Notes under the pieces: generated by a model
The model's input: the letters and a program-made list of their open reading frames with translations, nothing else
What the model was told of the DNA's origin: nothing
The model's database searches: none
Translations under genes and position numbers: made by a program
Shown here: piece after piece, positions 27,678 through 36,818 of the stretch
Layout of the letters: the number at the start of each line of letters is the position of its first letter
Numbering within the stretch: the stretch's first letter is position 1
Source: Vulcanimicrobiota bacterium
GTDB taxonomy: Bacteria > Vulcanimicrobiota > Vulcanimicrobiia > Vulcanimicrobiales > Vulcanimicrobiaceae
Assembly: GCA_963833095.1 (NCBI GenBank)
Contig: CAWHWQ010000005.1
Location: forward strand, 320,001 to 384,000
Direction of reading: 5' to 3'
Length of the DNA: 64,000 bases

Positions 27678-29302
27678 CCCAGGCGACACTCGTAATGTTC
27701 GCGATCTTTGTCGCGATGGCGCTGGTCATCACGTATTGGGCCGCCGGGCGCAGCACCTCGCGTCGCGGCTTCTACACCGCGCACCGGGAGATCAGCGGCG
27801 TGCAAAACGGTTGGGCCATCGCCGGCGACTACATGTCGGCGACGTCCTTTCTGGGCATCACCGGCCTCATCGCATTCTACGGCTTCGACGGGTTCATGTA
27901 TTCAATCGGATGGCTCGTCGCCTACCTCACCGTTCTTTTGCTACTGGCCGAGCCGTTACGCAACACCGGGCGCTACACGGTCGCCGACGTGATTGCGTTT
28001 CGACTACGCGGGCGAGGCGTGCGGGCGATTGCGGCCGTCACCACGCTCATCATCACGCTCTTCTACATGGTAGCCCAGATGGTCGGTGCCGGGTCGCTCA
28101 TCAACCTCCTGGTCCAACGCATCAACGAAACTGACGCGATCATCGTCGTCGGTCTGCTGATGTTGATCTACGTGCTGTTCGGCGGCATGCTTGCGACTAC
28201 GTGGGTGCAGATTATCAAGGCCGCGCTTTTGCTTGCAGCCTCGATTGCGCTGAGCCTCCTTGTGCTCGCGCACTTCGGCTTCTCGCTTTTCGCGTTTCGT
28301 GACGCTGCAATGTCCACGAGCGCAGGCGGCCATACGGTCGACCTGCTTCATACGGGACTCTTCTTTTCCGGTCCGCACGGCGCATTCGACGTCGTTTCGC
28401 TCGGCCTCGCGCTCGTACTAGGAACCGCAGGACTTCCGCACGTCTTGATGCGCTTTTTCACGGTTCCAACCGCGCGCGCGGCGCGCATTTCGGTTGGCTG
28501 GGCGATGGGTCTCATCGGCGCTTTCTATATCTTGACGACGATTATGGGCCTGGGTGCGGGAACGATCGTCGGACAAGCCGACATCGGTAAACATCTGCGC
28601 GACACACAAGCGCTCCGTTACATCATCAGTCATCCCGGACAGGCGACGCAGCTCAATGCCGAGTTGGTGCGTAATCAGGGCTACATCGTTCCCATAGAGA
28701 ACAGCAACTTGGCAGCGCCGTTGCTAGCCGACAAGCTCGGCGGCCCGTTACTCACCGCGTTCGTCGCGGCGGTCGCTTTCGCGACGATCCTTGCCGTCGT
28801 CGCCGGGTTGACGATCGCCGCTGCATCGTCCTTTGCGCACGACATTTGGTATAGCTTGATTCGAAGCGGCGCGGGGACCGAGAGCGAGCATATCTTTGTG
28901 GCGCGGAGCGCCGCGTTGGTCGTCGGCTTTACTGCGATCTTTCTTTCGGTTGGGCTACGAACCGTCAACGTCGCGTTCTTGGTCGGCCTCGCTTTTGCGG
29001 TCGCGGCAAGCACGAACGCGCCCGCCTTGATTCTCGCGCTCACCTGGCGGCGCTTCTCGCGTACCGGAGCGATTTGCGGGATGCTCGCAGGATTGATTTC
29101 ATCGCTGGTGCTGATGGCGATCAGTCCCGCCGTCATGGGCGATCACGCGATCTTCCCGCTGCGCAATCCGGGTATCGTCTCAATTCCGCTGGGCTTCATT
29201 GCTGCGATCCTCGGCACGTTCATCGCACGCGACCCCGAATCTGAGGCAATGTTCAATCAGCTCCAAGTAAGAGCCAACACTGGAATAGGAGCAGAGATTT
29301 AG
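27674..29302 (+). CDS. actP: Cation/acetate (monocarboxylate) symporter, SSS family
   Basis: NGWAIAGDYMSA, GTAGLPHVLMRF, AFATILAVVAGL. Confidence 0.88.
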   Translation: MTQATLVMFAIFVAMALVITYWAAGRSTSRRGFYTAHREISGVQNGWAIAGDYMSATSFLGITGLIAFYGFDGFMYSIGWLVAYLTVLLLLAEPLRNTGRYTVADVIAFRLRGRGVRAIAAVTTLIITLFYMVAQMVGAGSLINLLVQRINETDAIIVVGLLMLIYVLFGGMLATTWVQIIKAALLLAASIALSLLVLAHFGFSLFAFRDAAMSTSAGGHTVDLLHTGLFFSGPHGAFDVVSLGLALVLGTAGLPHVLMRFFTVPTARAARISVGWAMGLIGAFYILTTIMGLGAGTIVGQADIGKHLRDTQALRYIISHPGQATQLNAELVRNQGYIVPIENSNLAAPLLADKLGGPLLTAFVAAVAFATILAVVAGLTIAAASSFAHDIWYSLIRSGAGTESEHIFVARSAALVVGFTAIFLSVGLRTVNVAFLVGLAFAVAASTNAPALILALTWRRFSRTGAICGMLAGLISSLVLMAISPAVMGDHAIFPLRNPGIVSIPLGFIAAILGTFIARDPESEAMFNQLQVRANTGIGAEI

Positions 29303-29305
29303 CGT

Positions 29306-29356
29306 GCGCGAGCGCAGCGAGCCACCACGGCTCTAGTCGCGCGGCTTCGCTCGCGC
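29306..29356. repeat. Intergenic GC-rich palindrome between convergent genes
   Basis: GCGCGAGCG pairs with CGCTCGCGC; inner GAGCC/GGCTC hairpin. Confidence 0.5.
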
Positions 29357-30180
29357 TATATGTGAGTTGCGGAGTGGCCGGTGATTTGCATGCCGTACGT
29401 CCCCATGCGTAGCGTGAAGCTCGCAATATAGGTCCCTTTCGACGTTACGATCTGCGCGGTGACGGCGTAGGCGCCGTTGTCAGTGCGGCTCGTGCGTAGG
29501 TCGGCCACGTTGACCGTCACCTCCGGATTGATGAACGACTCGGTCGGCAATCCACCGGCCAAATAGCCTGCTGCCGTCGCCGAATCCCCGCGCGCGAGCG
29601 AGGAGATGTAGGCGCGCACGATCGCCGCGGCGTGTTCGGCGCTGTTTGCACCGGTAATAAGGACCGGCGTCGACGTCGCAATCGACGCCGTGGTCGGCGC
29701 GAACGCCGGCGGTGCGGTCGGCGGCGCTGTTGCAGGCGCGGGTCGCGTGGCGAACGTTACGCGGGTGGCGCTCGGCGTGGGTGTGAGGATCACGATTGCC
29801 GGCGTGGCATGCGTCGTTGGACGCGCCGTCGCAAGCGCTTTTGCGCTCGGGGAGGGCTTTGCGCTCGGTGACGCGCTCGCCGATGCTGATGCGCTCGGCG
29901 ATCCCGGCCCGCTCGGCGATGGCGTATGAGACAGCGCGGCTGTATGTGAGGGCGTCGGCGACGTCCTGGGCGCAAATGTCGCGGTGCTCTCCGGGAGAGG
30001 CGTGAAGCTTGGACGCGCGGTCGGTGCCTGCACGGGACCACCCGAACCAAAAACTTTCGTAAGCAAACCGCCGAGAAGCAACCCACCCAGAATCACCAAC
30101 ACCATCAATGGAATGATGGGAATTCCACCGCGTTTGGGTGGTTCGGGTTCAAGCCTGCGACGGCGCGGATAATCGCTCAA
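29356..30180 (-). CDS. Hypothetical single-pass membrane protein with long Pro/Thr/Ser linker
   Basis: Basic N-terminus, TM, low-complexity linker, small C-terminal domain. Confidence 0.75.
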   Translation of the reverse strand: MSDYPRRRRLEPEPPKRGGIPIIPLMVLVILGGLLLGGLLTKVFGSGGPVQAPTARPSFTPLPESTATFAPRTSPTPSHTAALSHTPSPSGPGSPSASASASASPSAKPSPSAKALATARPTTHATPAIVILTPTPSATRVTFATRPAPATAPPTAPPAFAPTTASIATSTPVLITGANSAEHAAAIVRAYISSLARGDSATAAGYLAGGLPTESFINPEVTVNVADLRTSRTDNGAYAVTAQIVTSKGTYIASFTLRMGTYGMQITGHSATHI

Positions 30181-30193
30181 GCGTTAGTGGCCA

Positions 30194-30580
30194 CTAAAGG
30201 GCGCCCGAGATGCCGTCGACCAGTGGTGCAGGCAACTCGCCCAATTCGCTCGGGTTCTCCTCGGCGTAGTGCGTCATCGCTTCCTTGAGGAGTCCAGGAT
30301 TGACTCGCGCATAGTCGATAAGTGCAGCCACCGCGTGAATGTCGGCGCTTTGGAGCCGATCGAGCGCAGCGTTCGCGCCCTCGGCCGCATCCTCCGACGA
30401 TTCGCCGCGGTCGCGAAATGCATTGAAAATCGATGTTACCAGCGCGTGTAGGGCGTTGTGCGGCATCGAGGAGACGCCGCCACGCAGGACATCGGCCAGA
30501 GCGGCGTCATCCATGCGCGCAACATGCTTTTCGACCGCATCGACCAGCGTCTGCACCGGCACGTTCCCAAAGGGAGGCAT
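30194..30580 (-). CDS. Hypothetical protein
   Basis: Coding-like C-terminal part of ORF 30194..30850 from MPPFG; start uncertain. Confidence 0.6.
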   Translation of the reverse strand: MPPFGNVPVQTLVDAVEKHVARMDDAALADVLRGGVSSMPHNALHALVTSIFNAFRDRGESSEDAAEGANAALDRLQSADIHAVAALIDYARVNPGLLKEAMTHYAEENPSELGELPAPLVDGISGAL

Positions 30581-30641
30581 CGGAGAGTACGGTACTCCCT
30601 CGCGGCAGGCGGCTCCTCGAAGATGCGCCAAAAGATACGTC

Positions 30642-30962
30642 GTGATTCGCGTTCGCGTGCCGCTCGATCTCCACGCCGTCACCGCTGCCGGCTCGGCGGC
30701 GTTTGCCCTCGCGACGCCGTTACGCATTCGCGATCTCCTTGCGCTCGCCGTGCGCGAATCGATCGGGCCACGCGCGCCGCACGACAAATTCCAGCGCAGC
30801 ATGGTCCGCACGCTCGCAGGGCTCGCCGCAGGCGACTTTACGGTCGACATCGACGGCCGCCTTTTCGCCGATGGCGAGGCGGTCGTCGTGTGCGAAGGTT
30901 CGGTCGCCGTGCGCTTCTTCGTTAGCCGCGGTCGACGCGCGGGCCTCGAGCTACAGCCGTAG
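30642..30962 (+). CDS. Hypothetical protein
   Basis: C-terminal part of ORF 30339..30962 from GTG (VIRVRVPLDL); start uncertain. Confidence 0.55.
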   Translation: MIRVRVPLDLHAVTAAGSAAFALATPLRIRDLLALAVRESIGPRAPHDKFQRSMVRTLAGLAAGDFTVDIDGRLFADGEAVVVCEGSVAVRFFVSRGRRAGLELQP

Positions 30963-31066
30963 ATCCTTCACCAACGCCGACGCCGCATGCGCCGCTCCTT
31001 GTCTTAGCCCGGCGCGCCCTGCAGTCGCTCGCGCGTCACGCGCTGGTCTATTTCATTAGCGCCGTC

Positions 31067-31702
31067 GTGGTCATTGCGCTGGAAGCCGCCATCGTATTCA
31101 CGTGGCGGGCGAATATAGCCGTAACGCTGCCGGTTGCAAGCGTCGTGGTTGAGCCATTTTTTGTCGCGATCGTCACCGCTTTTACCTATGCCGACGTCAG
31201 AGTAGATTTTCCAATGGGAGCCGTGTGGCTTCGCGTCCTCGAACGCTCGTGGGCGGTGCTCGTGATCGGGCTCTTAGTCAACCTGGTCGCGGCTCTGGGC
31301 TTTCAATCAATAGCCATCGCCGATCCGTTTCAAAAGCTGCTTGGGGCCGCGGTCCTCGTCGTCGCTATCTCGCTCATTTTTGCCGACGTTCACGCAACCG
31401 TGATCGATGATGCCGAACCATGGTGGCTGCTCGTGCCGCGATCGCTCAGCGCGAGTATGGTCGTCGTATGGCAAGGCCTTGCCTTCGCTCGCGCAATCAT
31501 TCTCTTCGCGCTCCAGATGTTGGTGCCAACGCTGCTAAGCTTGCTCGCGGTGGCCGCGCTCGACAAACGCCACGTGCCGCAAGCGCCGTTTTGGGCAAAC
31601 GCGGTGACCGTTGTGCTTCTCTTGGCGCCTGTGCAAGCGTTTTGCACCTATGTGTACCTCGACTTAATCGGGTATGAATCAAAGCACACTTGCAGCCGAT
31701 GA
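31067..31702 (+). CDS. Hypothetical polytopic membrane protein
   Basis: Multiple hydrophobic segments; the frame is open upstream, so the true start may be earlier. Confidence 0.65.
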   Translation: MVIALEAAIVFTWRANIAVTLPVASVVVEPFFVAIVTAFTYADVRVDFPMGAVWLRVLERSWAVLVIGLLVNLVAALGFQSIAIADPFQKLLGAAVLVVAISLIFADVHATVIDDAEPWWLLVPRSLSASMVVVWQGLAFARAIILFALQMLVPTLLSLLAVAALDKRHVPQAPFWANAVTVVLLLAPVQAFCTYVYLDLIGYESKHTCSR

Positions 31703-31719
31703 TAGTCTAAAGGTAGGAG

Positions 31720-32442
31720 ATGCAATTCCCGATTCGGGTCGCCGTCGTCGCTGCCGCGCTGATCCCCTCGCTCACTCTGCACGCGCTCGCCGATCAGGTC
31801 TACGGCGTCGCCGGAGAGGACACGTATCGCATAGGACGGGTGGTTAGCGAGACGCACATCACCTATCGCGGCGTCGAGCATCTCGGCGTCGCAACCGATA
31901 GCCATGGGCGCCGTTACGTCGCTGACGTCACCTACACGCGGGTCGACGATGCGGGCAAAGCGTCAGTTCGCGGAAAATTCGAGCAGGAGCTTCTTGGCGA
32001 CGGCACGTTCGAGGATGGCACCGATGAGGATCCGGACTTTCTGACGATCCTCAACCAACCGTTCGCCGTGCAGCTCGACGCAACGACACTGCGCGATCTC
32101 ACACGGCTTCACGGGATGGTTCCATTTCAGGCGGCCTCGCCGCTGGGCGGATCGCGTCTCTCCGGGTATCTGCGCTCCGCACCGCCCGGAATGGTCAGCG
32201 GACACCAGGTCGTCGGCGTGCGCTTCGAGGCCACGGGACCAATGACCGGGACGCTGCCCGAGCATCCCGACGCACTCCTCTCGGGGAACATGCACATGGA
32301 CGGAACCGCCTACTATGCTCAGCACGGAGCGCTCTTACTCGCGCTCGACGCAACCCTTACCATCGACGGCAAGCTCCAAAGCGGCCACGACAGCGTGCCG
32401 GTGCGCATCATCTACCACCGCGTGATCCGCTGCGCAAACTAG
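31720..32442 (+). CDS. Hypothetical secreted protein
   Basis: Signal peptide; SD-like AGGTAGGAG upstream. Confidence 0.75.
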   Translation: MQFPIRVAVVAAALIPSLTLHALADQVYGVAGEDTYRIGRVVSETHITYRGVEHLGVATDSHGRRYVADVTYTRVDDAGKASVRGKFEQELLGDGTFEDGTDEDPDFLTILNQPFAVQLDATTLRDLTRLHGMVPFQAASPLGGSRLSGYLRSAPPGMVSGHQVVGVRFEATGPMTGTLPEHPDALLSGNMHMDGTAYYAQHGALLLALDATLTIDGKLQSGHDSVPVRIIYHRVIRCAN

Positions 32443-32458
32443 GGCCGGCGCGGCCCGA

Positions 32459-32851
32459 TCAATAGGCTCCCACGAGTTGAACTTCTAAAGGGTGCCGAAA
32501 CGGCATCAACGACAAGTTCGTGACCGGCGTAAACGCGAGATGGCTTTGGTGACAATCGATGAGCATCTCAATGCCGCGCTTAACGCAGCCCGTCTCTTCG
32601 ATGTACTTTGAAAGCTTCTTCATGAAATAGGTGTGCGGATCGTGCAGCACCTTTGCGTAGTACGGATCGTCAGTTAAACCGACGGCACTAATGCCTTCTT
32701 TTGGAACGAGCCACACGAACCACGGATCCTGATTTCGACGGTACCCGATGAGCACGAGCGGAATTGCTCGCGATGAATCGAGATTGGGCAGAAAACTACA
32801 CAGAGTGTACGCGTCGAATGAGATCTCCGTCGGCTCGATCGTCTGCTGCAT
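32459..32851 (-). CDS. Hypothetical protein
   Basis: GGAGAGGA before MQQTIEP; globular composition. Confidence 0.65.
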   Translation of the reverse strand: MQQTIEPTEISFDAYTLCSFLPNLDSSRAIPLVLIGYRRNQDPWFVWLVPKEGISAVGLTDDPYYAKVLHDPHTYFMKKLSKYIEETGCVKRGIEMLIDCHQSHLAFTPVTNLSLMPFRHPLEVQLVGAY

Positions 32852-33056
32852 GGGCGTTCCTCTCCATGTGCCGTAAAACAACAACCGCCGCGTCGCTTGG
32901 AGCGACCGGCGGTTGAAAAACTGGTGCGTGCGGCACGTCGTGTACCATGCTCGAAAGGTTCCCTCGCGGCGGTCGGTGGCCCTGGCGACCCACCTTCAGG
33001 ATTTTCCGCGCGCAGCGTGAAACCCGCAGGAGGCGGGAAGTGGTCAGGATCACCGT

Positions 33057-33725
33057 ATGAGCGTGCTCGCACCACTCCCATGGGGAGTCCACGTGCCATC
33101 TGCGGCCCAGCAGACCAAGCCGCCGTCCAGCCGGACGTCGGATAAGGCTGCACCGAGCGTCGAAACCTTCGATCGCATCGTCGATGACTATCAGCGCCGC
33201 CTGTATGGTTTCGCCCTGCGTATGACCGGCAATCGCGAAGACGCCGAAGAGATCGTGCAGGACGCTTTCGTCCGAGCCTATCGCGCGCTGGGTAAAATGT
33301 CGCTCGAACAGCGGGCCGATCTGCGCCTGCAGCCGTGGCTCTACACCATTACGCTCAACGTGACACGCAACCGCCTGCGCAGCAAACGGCCGACCAACGT
33401 TGCGCTCGACGCTCTCGCCGACCCGGATGCCCTCTTACGCGACTCGCATGAGGGGCCGCCACAGCCCGAGACCATCGTCGAGCAGAACGCCGAGGTCGCG
33501 CTGGTAGAACGAGCGCTTCTGCAGCTGCCGATGCATTTACGTGCCGCGGCGACGCTGCGTTTTATCGAAGGTCGCAGCCATCCGGAAATCGCCGAAATTC
33601 TGCATCAACCGATCGGTACGGTGAAGTCGCACGTTCATCGCGCCGTGCGGATCTTGCGTCGCATTCTTGGTCCGCAAATCGGACGCACTGCCCCCGAAGG
33701 AGATCCCTTACATGCGCTGTCGTGA
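33057..33725 (+). CDS. ECF RNA polymerase sigma-70 factor
   Basis: DAEEIVQDAFVRAY and WLYTITLN (region 2); EIAEILHQPIGTVKSHVHRA (region 4). Confidence 0.93.
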   Translation: MSVLAPLPWGVHVPSAAQQTKPPSSRTSDKAAPSVETFDRIVDDYQRRLYGFALRMTGNREDAEEIVQDAFVRAYRALGKMSLEQRADLRLQPWLYTITLNVTRNRLRSKRPTNVALDALADPDALLRDSHEGPPQPETIVEQNAEVALVERALLQLPMHLRAAATLRFIEGRSHPEIAEILHQPIGTVKSHVHRAVRILRRILGPQIGRTAPEGDPLHALS

Positions 33726-34455
33726 CGTCGAAGCACTCTGGGACGAAGTCCGCGAGGACTGCGGAGAGTCGCTCAAGGAAGCCGTCGACATTCACCTACG
33801 CGCCTGCCCCCATTGCCAAGAGCTCTTTGAAGAGTTCGAAGGTGTCGCGTTTTGCCTCTCTTGTCTTCCGAAGCCCGAAGCATCGTGCGATCTCACCAAA
33901 CGCGTCGTCGAACACATCGCGTTGATCAAACAGCGCGAACGCACGACGCCGGTCGTGTTGGCGTCGGCGCAAACGCCGATCGGCCGACTTTATGTCGGCT
34001 TCAAAGAAGCGCGCATCGCCTATGTAGGCATCGATACCGGTGAAGATTTTGAGTTGGTGCGCGCGCGCGTCGAAAGCCGGCTGCGGCGCCCCGTCATCGC
34101 GGGGGAGGCACCGACCTGGTTGAGCCGCACGCTCGAACAATTCTTTAACACTTGGAGTGTCGATGACCGGATCATGGACATCGAGGATCTGACCCCGTTC
34201 GAACAGGCGGCGCTCCGGGCCGCAGCCCAAATCCCGCCCGGCGAGGTGCGCTCCTATTCGTGGGTCGCCACGCAAATCGGCCGCCCGCGCGCCGCGCGCG
34301 CCGTCGGACAGGTCATGGCCCGTAATCCGCTCGCGCTGCTTTTCCCCTGCCACCGCGTCGTCGACGCGCAGGGCGAACTCCATAACTACGGTTACGGGAT
34401 CGAGATGAAGGCGCGGCTACTCAAGATGGAAGGCTACATCGCGCGAAAGCTGTAA
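33712..34455 (+). CDS. ogt: Zinc-finger anti-sigma (zf-HC2/ZAS) domain fused to methylated-DNA--protein-cysteine methyltransferase
   Basis: N-terminal MRC...HLRACPHC (HxxxCxxC); C-terminal IPPGEVRSY, AARAVG and PCHRVV active site. Confidence 0.88.
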   Translation: MRCRDVEALWDEVREDCGESLKEAVDIHLRACPHCQELFEEFEGVAFCLSCLPKPEASCDLTKRVVEHIALIKQRERTTPVVLASAQTPIGRLYVGFKEARIAYVGIDTGEDFELVRARVESRLRRPVIAGEAPTWLSRTLEQFFNTWSVDDRIMDIEDLTPFEQAALRAAAQIPPGEVRSYSWVATQIGRPRAARAVGQVMARNPLALLFPCHRVVDAQGELHNYGYGIEMKARLLKMEGYIARKL

Positions 34456-34467
34456 CCTATCGCGGCA

Positions 34468-35178
34468 GTGGCCAGACACATCCTCATCGCGGGGTTCGAG
34501 CCCTTTGCCGGTGACAAGATCAACCCCAGCGAGATGGTGGCGCGCAGCTTTGAGGGCGCGCTGCTTTCCGGACGCTCGGTCGCGTCGCGGGTCATCCCCG
34601 TCGAGACGCGCAACGTTCGCGAGCGTTTCGAGCAGGCTCTGCTCGTCGATCAGCCCGACATCGTCATCTTGCTCTCGCAACTCGGTGGCCGCACGGCACT
34701 CTCGCTTGAACGCGTCGCCGTGAATGTGCTGGACTTTGAAACGCCCGACAATGTCGGCGTGATGCGCAAGGGCGACGTCGTCGCGCGCGGCGGTCCCGAA
34801 GCGCGCATCTCGAATCTTCCTTTCGAGAAGATCGTCGAGGCGTGGGCGGCCGCCGGCGTCCCGGGTTTTGTGTCCAATTCGGCCGGCACGTTTATCGGCA
34901 ACCAGGCGCTCTATGAGATGCTGGCGCTTACCGAAAATTCCGTACCACCGGCGATCGTCGGATTGGTGCATCTGCCCTATCTCCCCGCGCAGGCCATTGC
35001 CGCCGGAAGCGACTCGAATCCCTCGATGTCGTTCGACGTGATGAAAAAGGGTATCGAAATCATGGCCGAGACACTCGTGCCGTGGGTCGACGGGCGCACG
35101 CCCGAATCCTCGAAGCCTCGCGTCGGCTCGAAGCCGTCGGCTTGGATCCCTCGCGGTGTAAAGGAAGTAGAACGCTGA
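34468..35178 (+). CDS. pcp: Pyroglutamyl-peptidase I homolog with catalytic Cys replaced by Gly
   Basis: GFEPF, NPS, LERVAVN, SAGTFIGN (canonically AGTFVCN), VHLP. Confidence 0.8.
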   Translation: MARHILIAGFEPFAGDKINPSEMVARSFEGALLSGRSVASRVIPVETRNVRERFEQALLVDQPDIVILLSQLGGRTALSLERVAVNVLDFETPDNVGVMRKGDVVARGGPEARISNLPFEKIVEAWAAAGVPGFVSNSAGTFIGNQALYEMLALTENSVPPAIVGLVHLPYLPAQAIAAGSDSNPSMSFDVMKKGIEIMAETLVPWVDGRTPESSKPRVGSKPSAWIPRGVKEVER

Positions 35179-36800
35179 GCGACCCTCGTATTGCGGCGAT
35201 CCCCGACGTCCACGGTCACGCGAAGGGCGAACATCGTTCTTTTGCCGAGGAACGGCCGATCGCATATTCCCCCCGAATGCTGTTCTTGTGGTTCTACCAT
35301 GCCTGCCGGCGAAATTCGCCGCGCTTTCTCATGGTCTCGGATCACATCAATTATCTAACATTCGAGGACCCCGGCGCCGTGCATACCGTGCGGCGCGCGC
35401 TGAAGCTCGCCCACGCGGGCGATCTCTATGGCGCAGCGGAAACCGCCGGCGTCGATGTGACCCATGCCGCGGTGGTCGGCGAAAGTTTGCGACGCGGCAT
35501 GCGCTTTTCGATCGGTGCCGAGGTCGATAATGACCCGCGCGCAAGACCGGATGCGCAGAACATCGTTGACGCGATGCGACCGGACGGAATCATCCGCTCG
35601 GTCCATTTCTTACCGATCGACCATCCGGAGAAAGGGGCCGACTATATGTGGCCCTACGACAATCCGGAGTTTACGCATCTCTTCGACCACGTCGGCGTCG
35701 AGCGTACGTGGGAGCTCTACACCGCGCGTCTCTTCGACGACATCGAAAAGCTGCCCGGACACGTGATCGGCCACTTCTATCGCCCGGCAAGTTTCGGCCA
35801 TTGGCCCGACGAGAAAACGCTGGAAAAATACGAGGATCGGCTCCTCGATCTTGCCCATGCGCGCGGAATGGCCGTCGAGATCAACTCACGCGGCATCTAC
35901 CGCGCCGAAAACGAAGAACAGCGCGCCAAGTACATCGCCGCGAACAAGCGCCTAATGCGCAAGGCTCAGGCCCGCGGCGTCGGCATCGCCATCGGCTCCG
36001 ATGCGCACAGTCCCAAGGACCAGGGCGGCGCGTTCGACGCGGTACTTTCTATGCTCGACGAGTGCGGTATCAACGAGGTCGTTTTCCCGGTTGGCGGACG
36101 CCTGGCACGCGTCGTGCTGCGCGCCACGCGCGAACATCTCGAAGCGCACGCGCAGCGCTCGCCCGAGCCGGTGCAACCCGGAAGCAGTATCAGCGGCTTT
36201 AGCCGAGCGGAACTCGGCCTCCCCGACCAGCCCGAGCTCCAACCGCGCGTGTCGCGCGCGAGCGCGCAAGCTGCGCGGGATGCCGGCCCCAAAAAGCGCG
36301 CGAGCAGCCCGGAACGAACAACGAAGAAGCCCGCCGCCGCGGCGTCGCCCAAATCGACGTCGAAGCGCAGCGCCGAATCGTCCGCCTCATCAGCAAAAAG
36401 CAAAGAGACCAAGAGCGTCGCCAAGCCGCCGGTAAAAAAGACTGCGCCGGTCAAAAAAGCCGAGCCCGTGAAAAAGGCCGCTCCGGCCAAAAAGGCCGCG
36501 CCCGTCAAGAAACCTGTGCCCGCCAAGAAGGTCGCGCCCGTGAAAAAGGCGCCGGCCAAGAAGGCCGCGCCCGTGAAAAAGGCCGCACCGCTCAAAAAGA
36601 CGGCGGTGAAGAAGGCCGCGCCCGTCAAGAAGGCTGCGCCGGCAAAAGCCGCCGCAGCCAAGAAGAGCGCCAAGCCGGTGGTCAAGAAACCGGCTCCGGC
36701 GAAAAAACCGGCAGCGAAACCGGTAGCCAAGAAATCTGCAAAACCAGCTTCGAAACCGTCGAAGGGAACGACCAAAAAGAAAACCGTTAAACGCCGTTAG
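35175..36800 (+). CDS. PHP-domain phosphoesterase (histidinol phosphatase-like) with histone-H1-like Lys/Ala/Pro tail
   Basis: DVHGH, SDH, GAEVD, SVH, GH, EIN and GSDAH motifs; probable CTG start overlapping the pcp TGA after AAGGA. Confidence 0.8.
   Translation: MSDPRIAAIPDVHGHAKGEHRSFAEERPIAYSPRMLFLWFYHACRRNSPRFLMVSDHINYLTFEDPGAVHTVRRALKLAHAGDLYGAAETAGVDVTHAAVVGESLRRGMRFSIGAEVDNDPRARPDAQNIVDAMRPDGIIRSVHFLPIDHPEKGADYMWPYDNPEFTHLFDHVGVERTWELYTARLFDDIEKLPGHVIGHFYRPASFGHWPDEKTLEKYEDRLLDLAHARGMAVEINSRGIYRAENEEQRAKYIAANKRLMRKAQARGVGIAIGSDAHSPKDQGGAFDAVLSMLDECGINEVVFPVGGRLARVVLRATREHLEAHAQRSPEPVQPGSSISGFSRAELGLPDQPELQPRVSRASAQAARDAGPKKRASSPERTTKKPAAAASPKSTSKRSAESSASSAKSKETKSVAKPPVKKTAPVKKAEPVKKAAPAKKAAPVKKPVPAKKVAPVKKAPAKKAAPVKKAAPLKKTAVKKAAPVKKAAPAKAAAAKKSAKPVVKKPAPAKKPAAKPVAKKSAKPASKPSKGTTKKKTVKRR
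36421..36780 (+). repeat. Degenerate coding tandem repeat, about 18 bp (KKAAPV/KKAAPA)
   Basis: More than ten KKxAP-type units in the translated tail. Confidence 0.85.
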
Positions 36801-36818
36801 GCGACGAGGTACGCTGGC

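Noticed and set aside
32900..33056. Autoregulatory ECF promoter (TGAAAC/AAAC...CGT or GTC)
   Set aside because: Two weak candidates with inconsistent spacing; cannot be supported without the sigma group consensus.
35966..36775. 269-aa hydrophobic antisense ORF (AAFF repeats)
   Set aside because: It is the reverse-complement shadow of the Lys/Ala/Pro tail.
36421..36780. CRISPR-like or VNTR array
   Set aside because: Degenerate in-frame coding repeats with no unique spacers and no cas genes.
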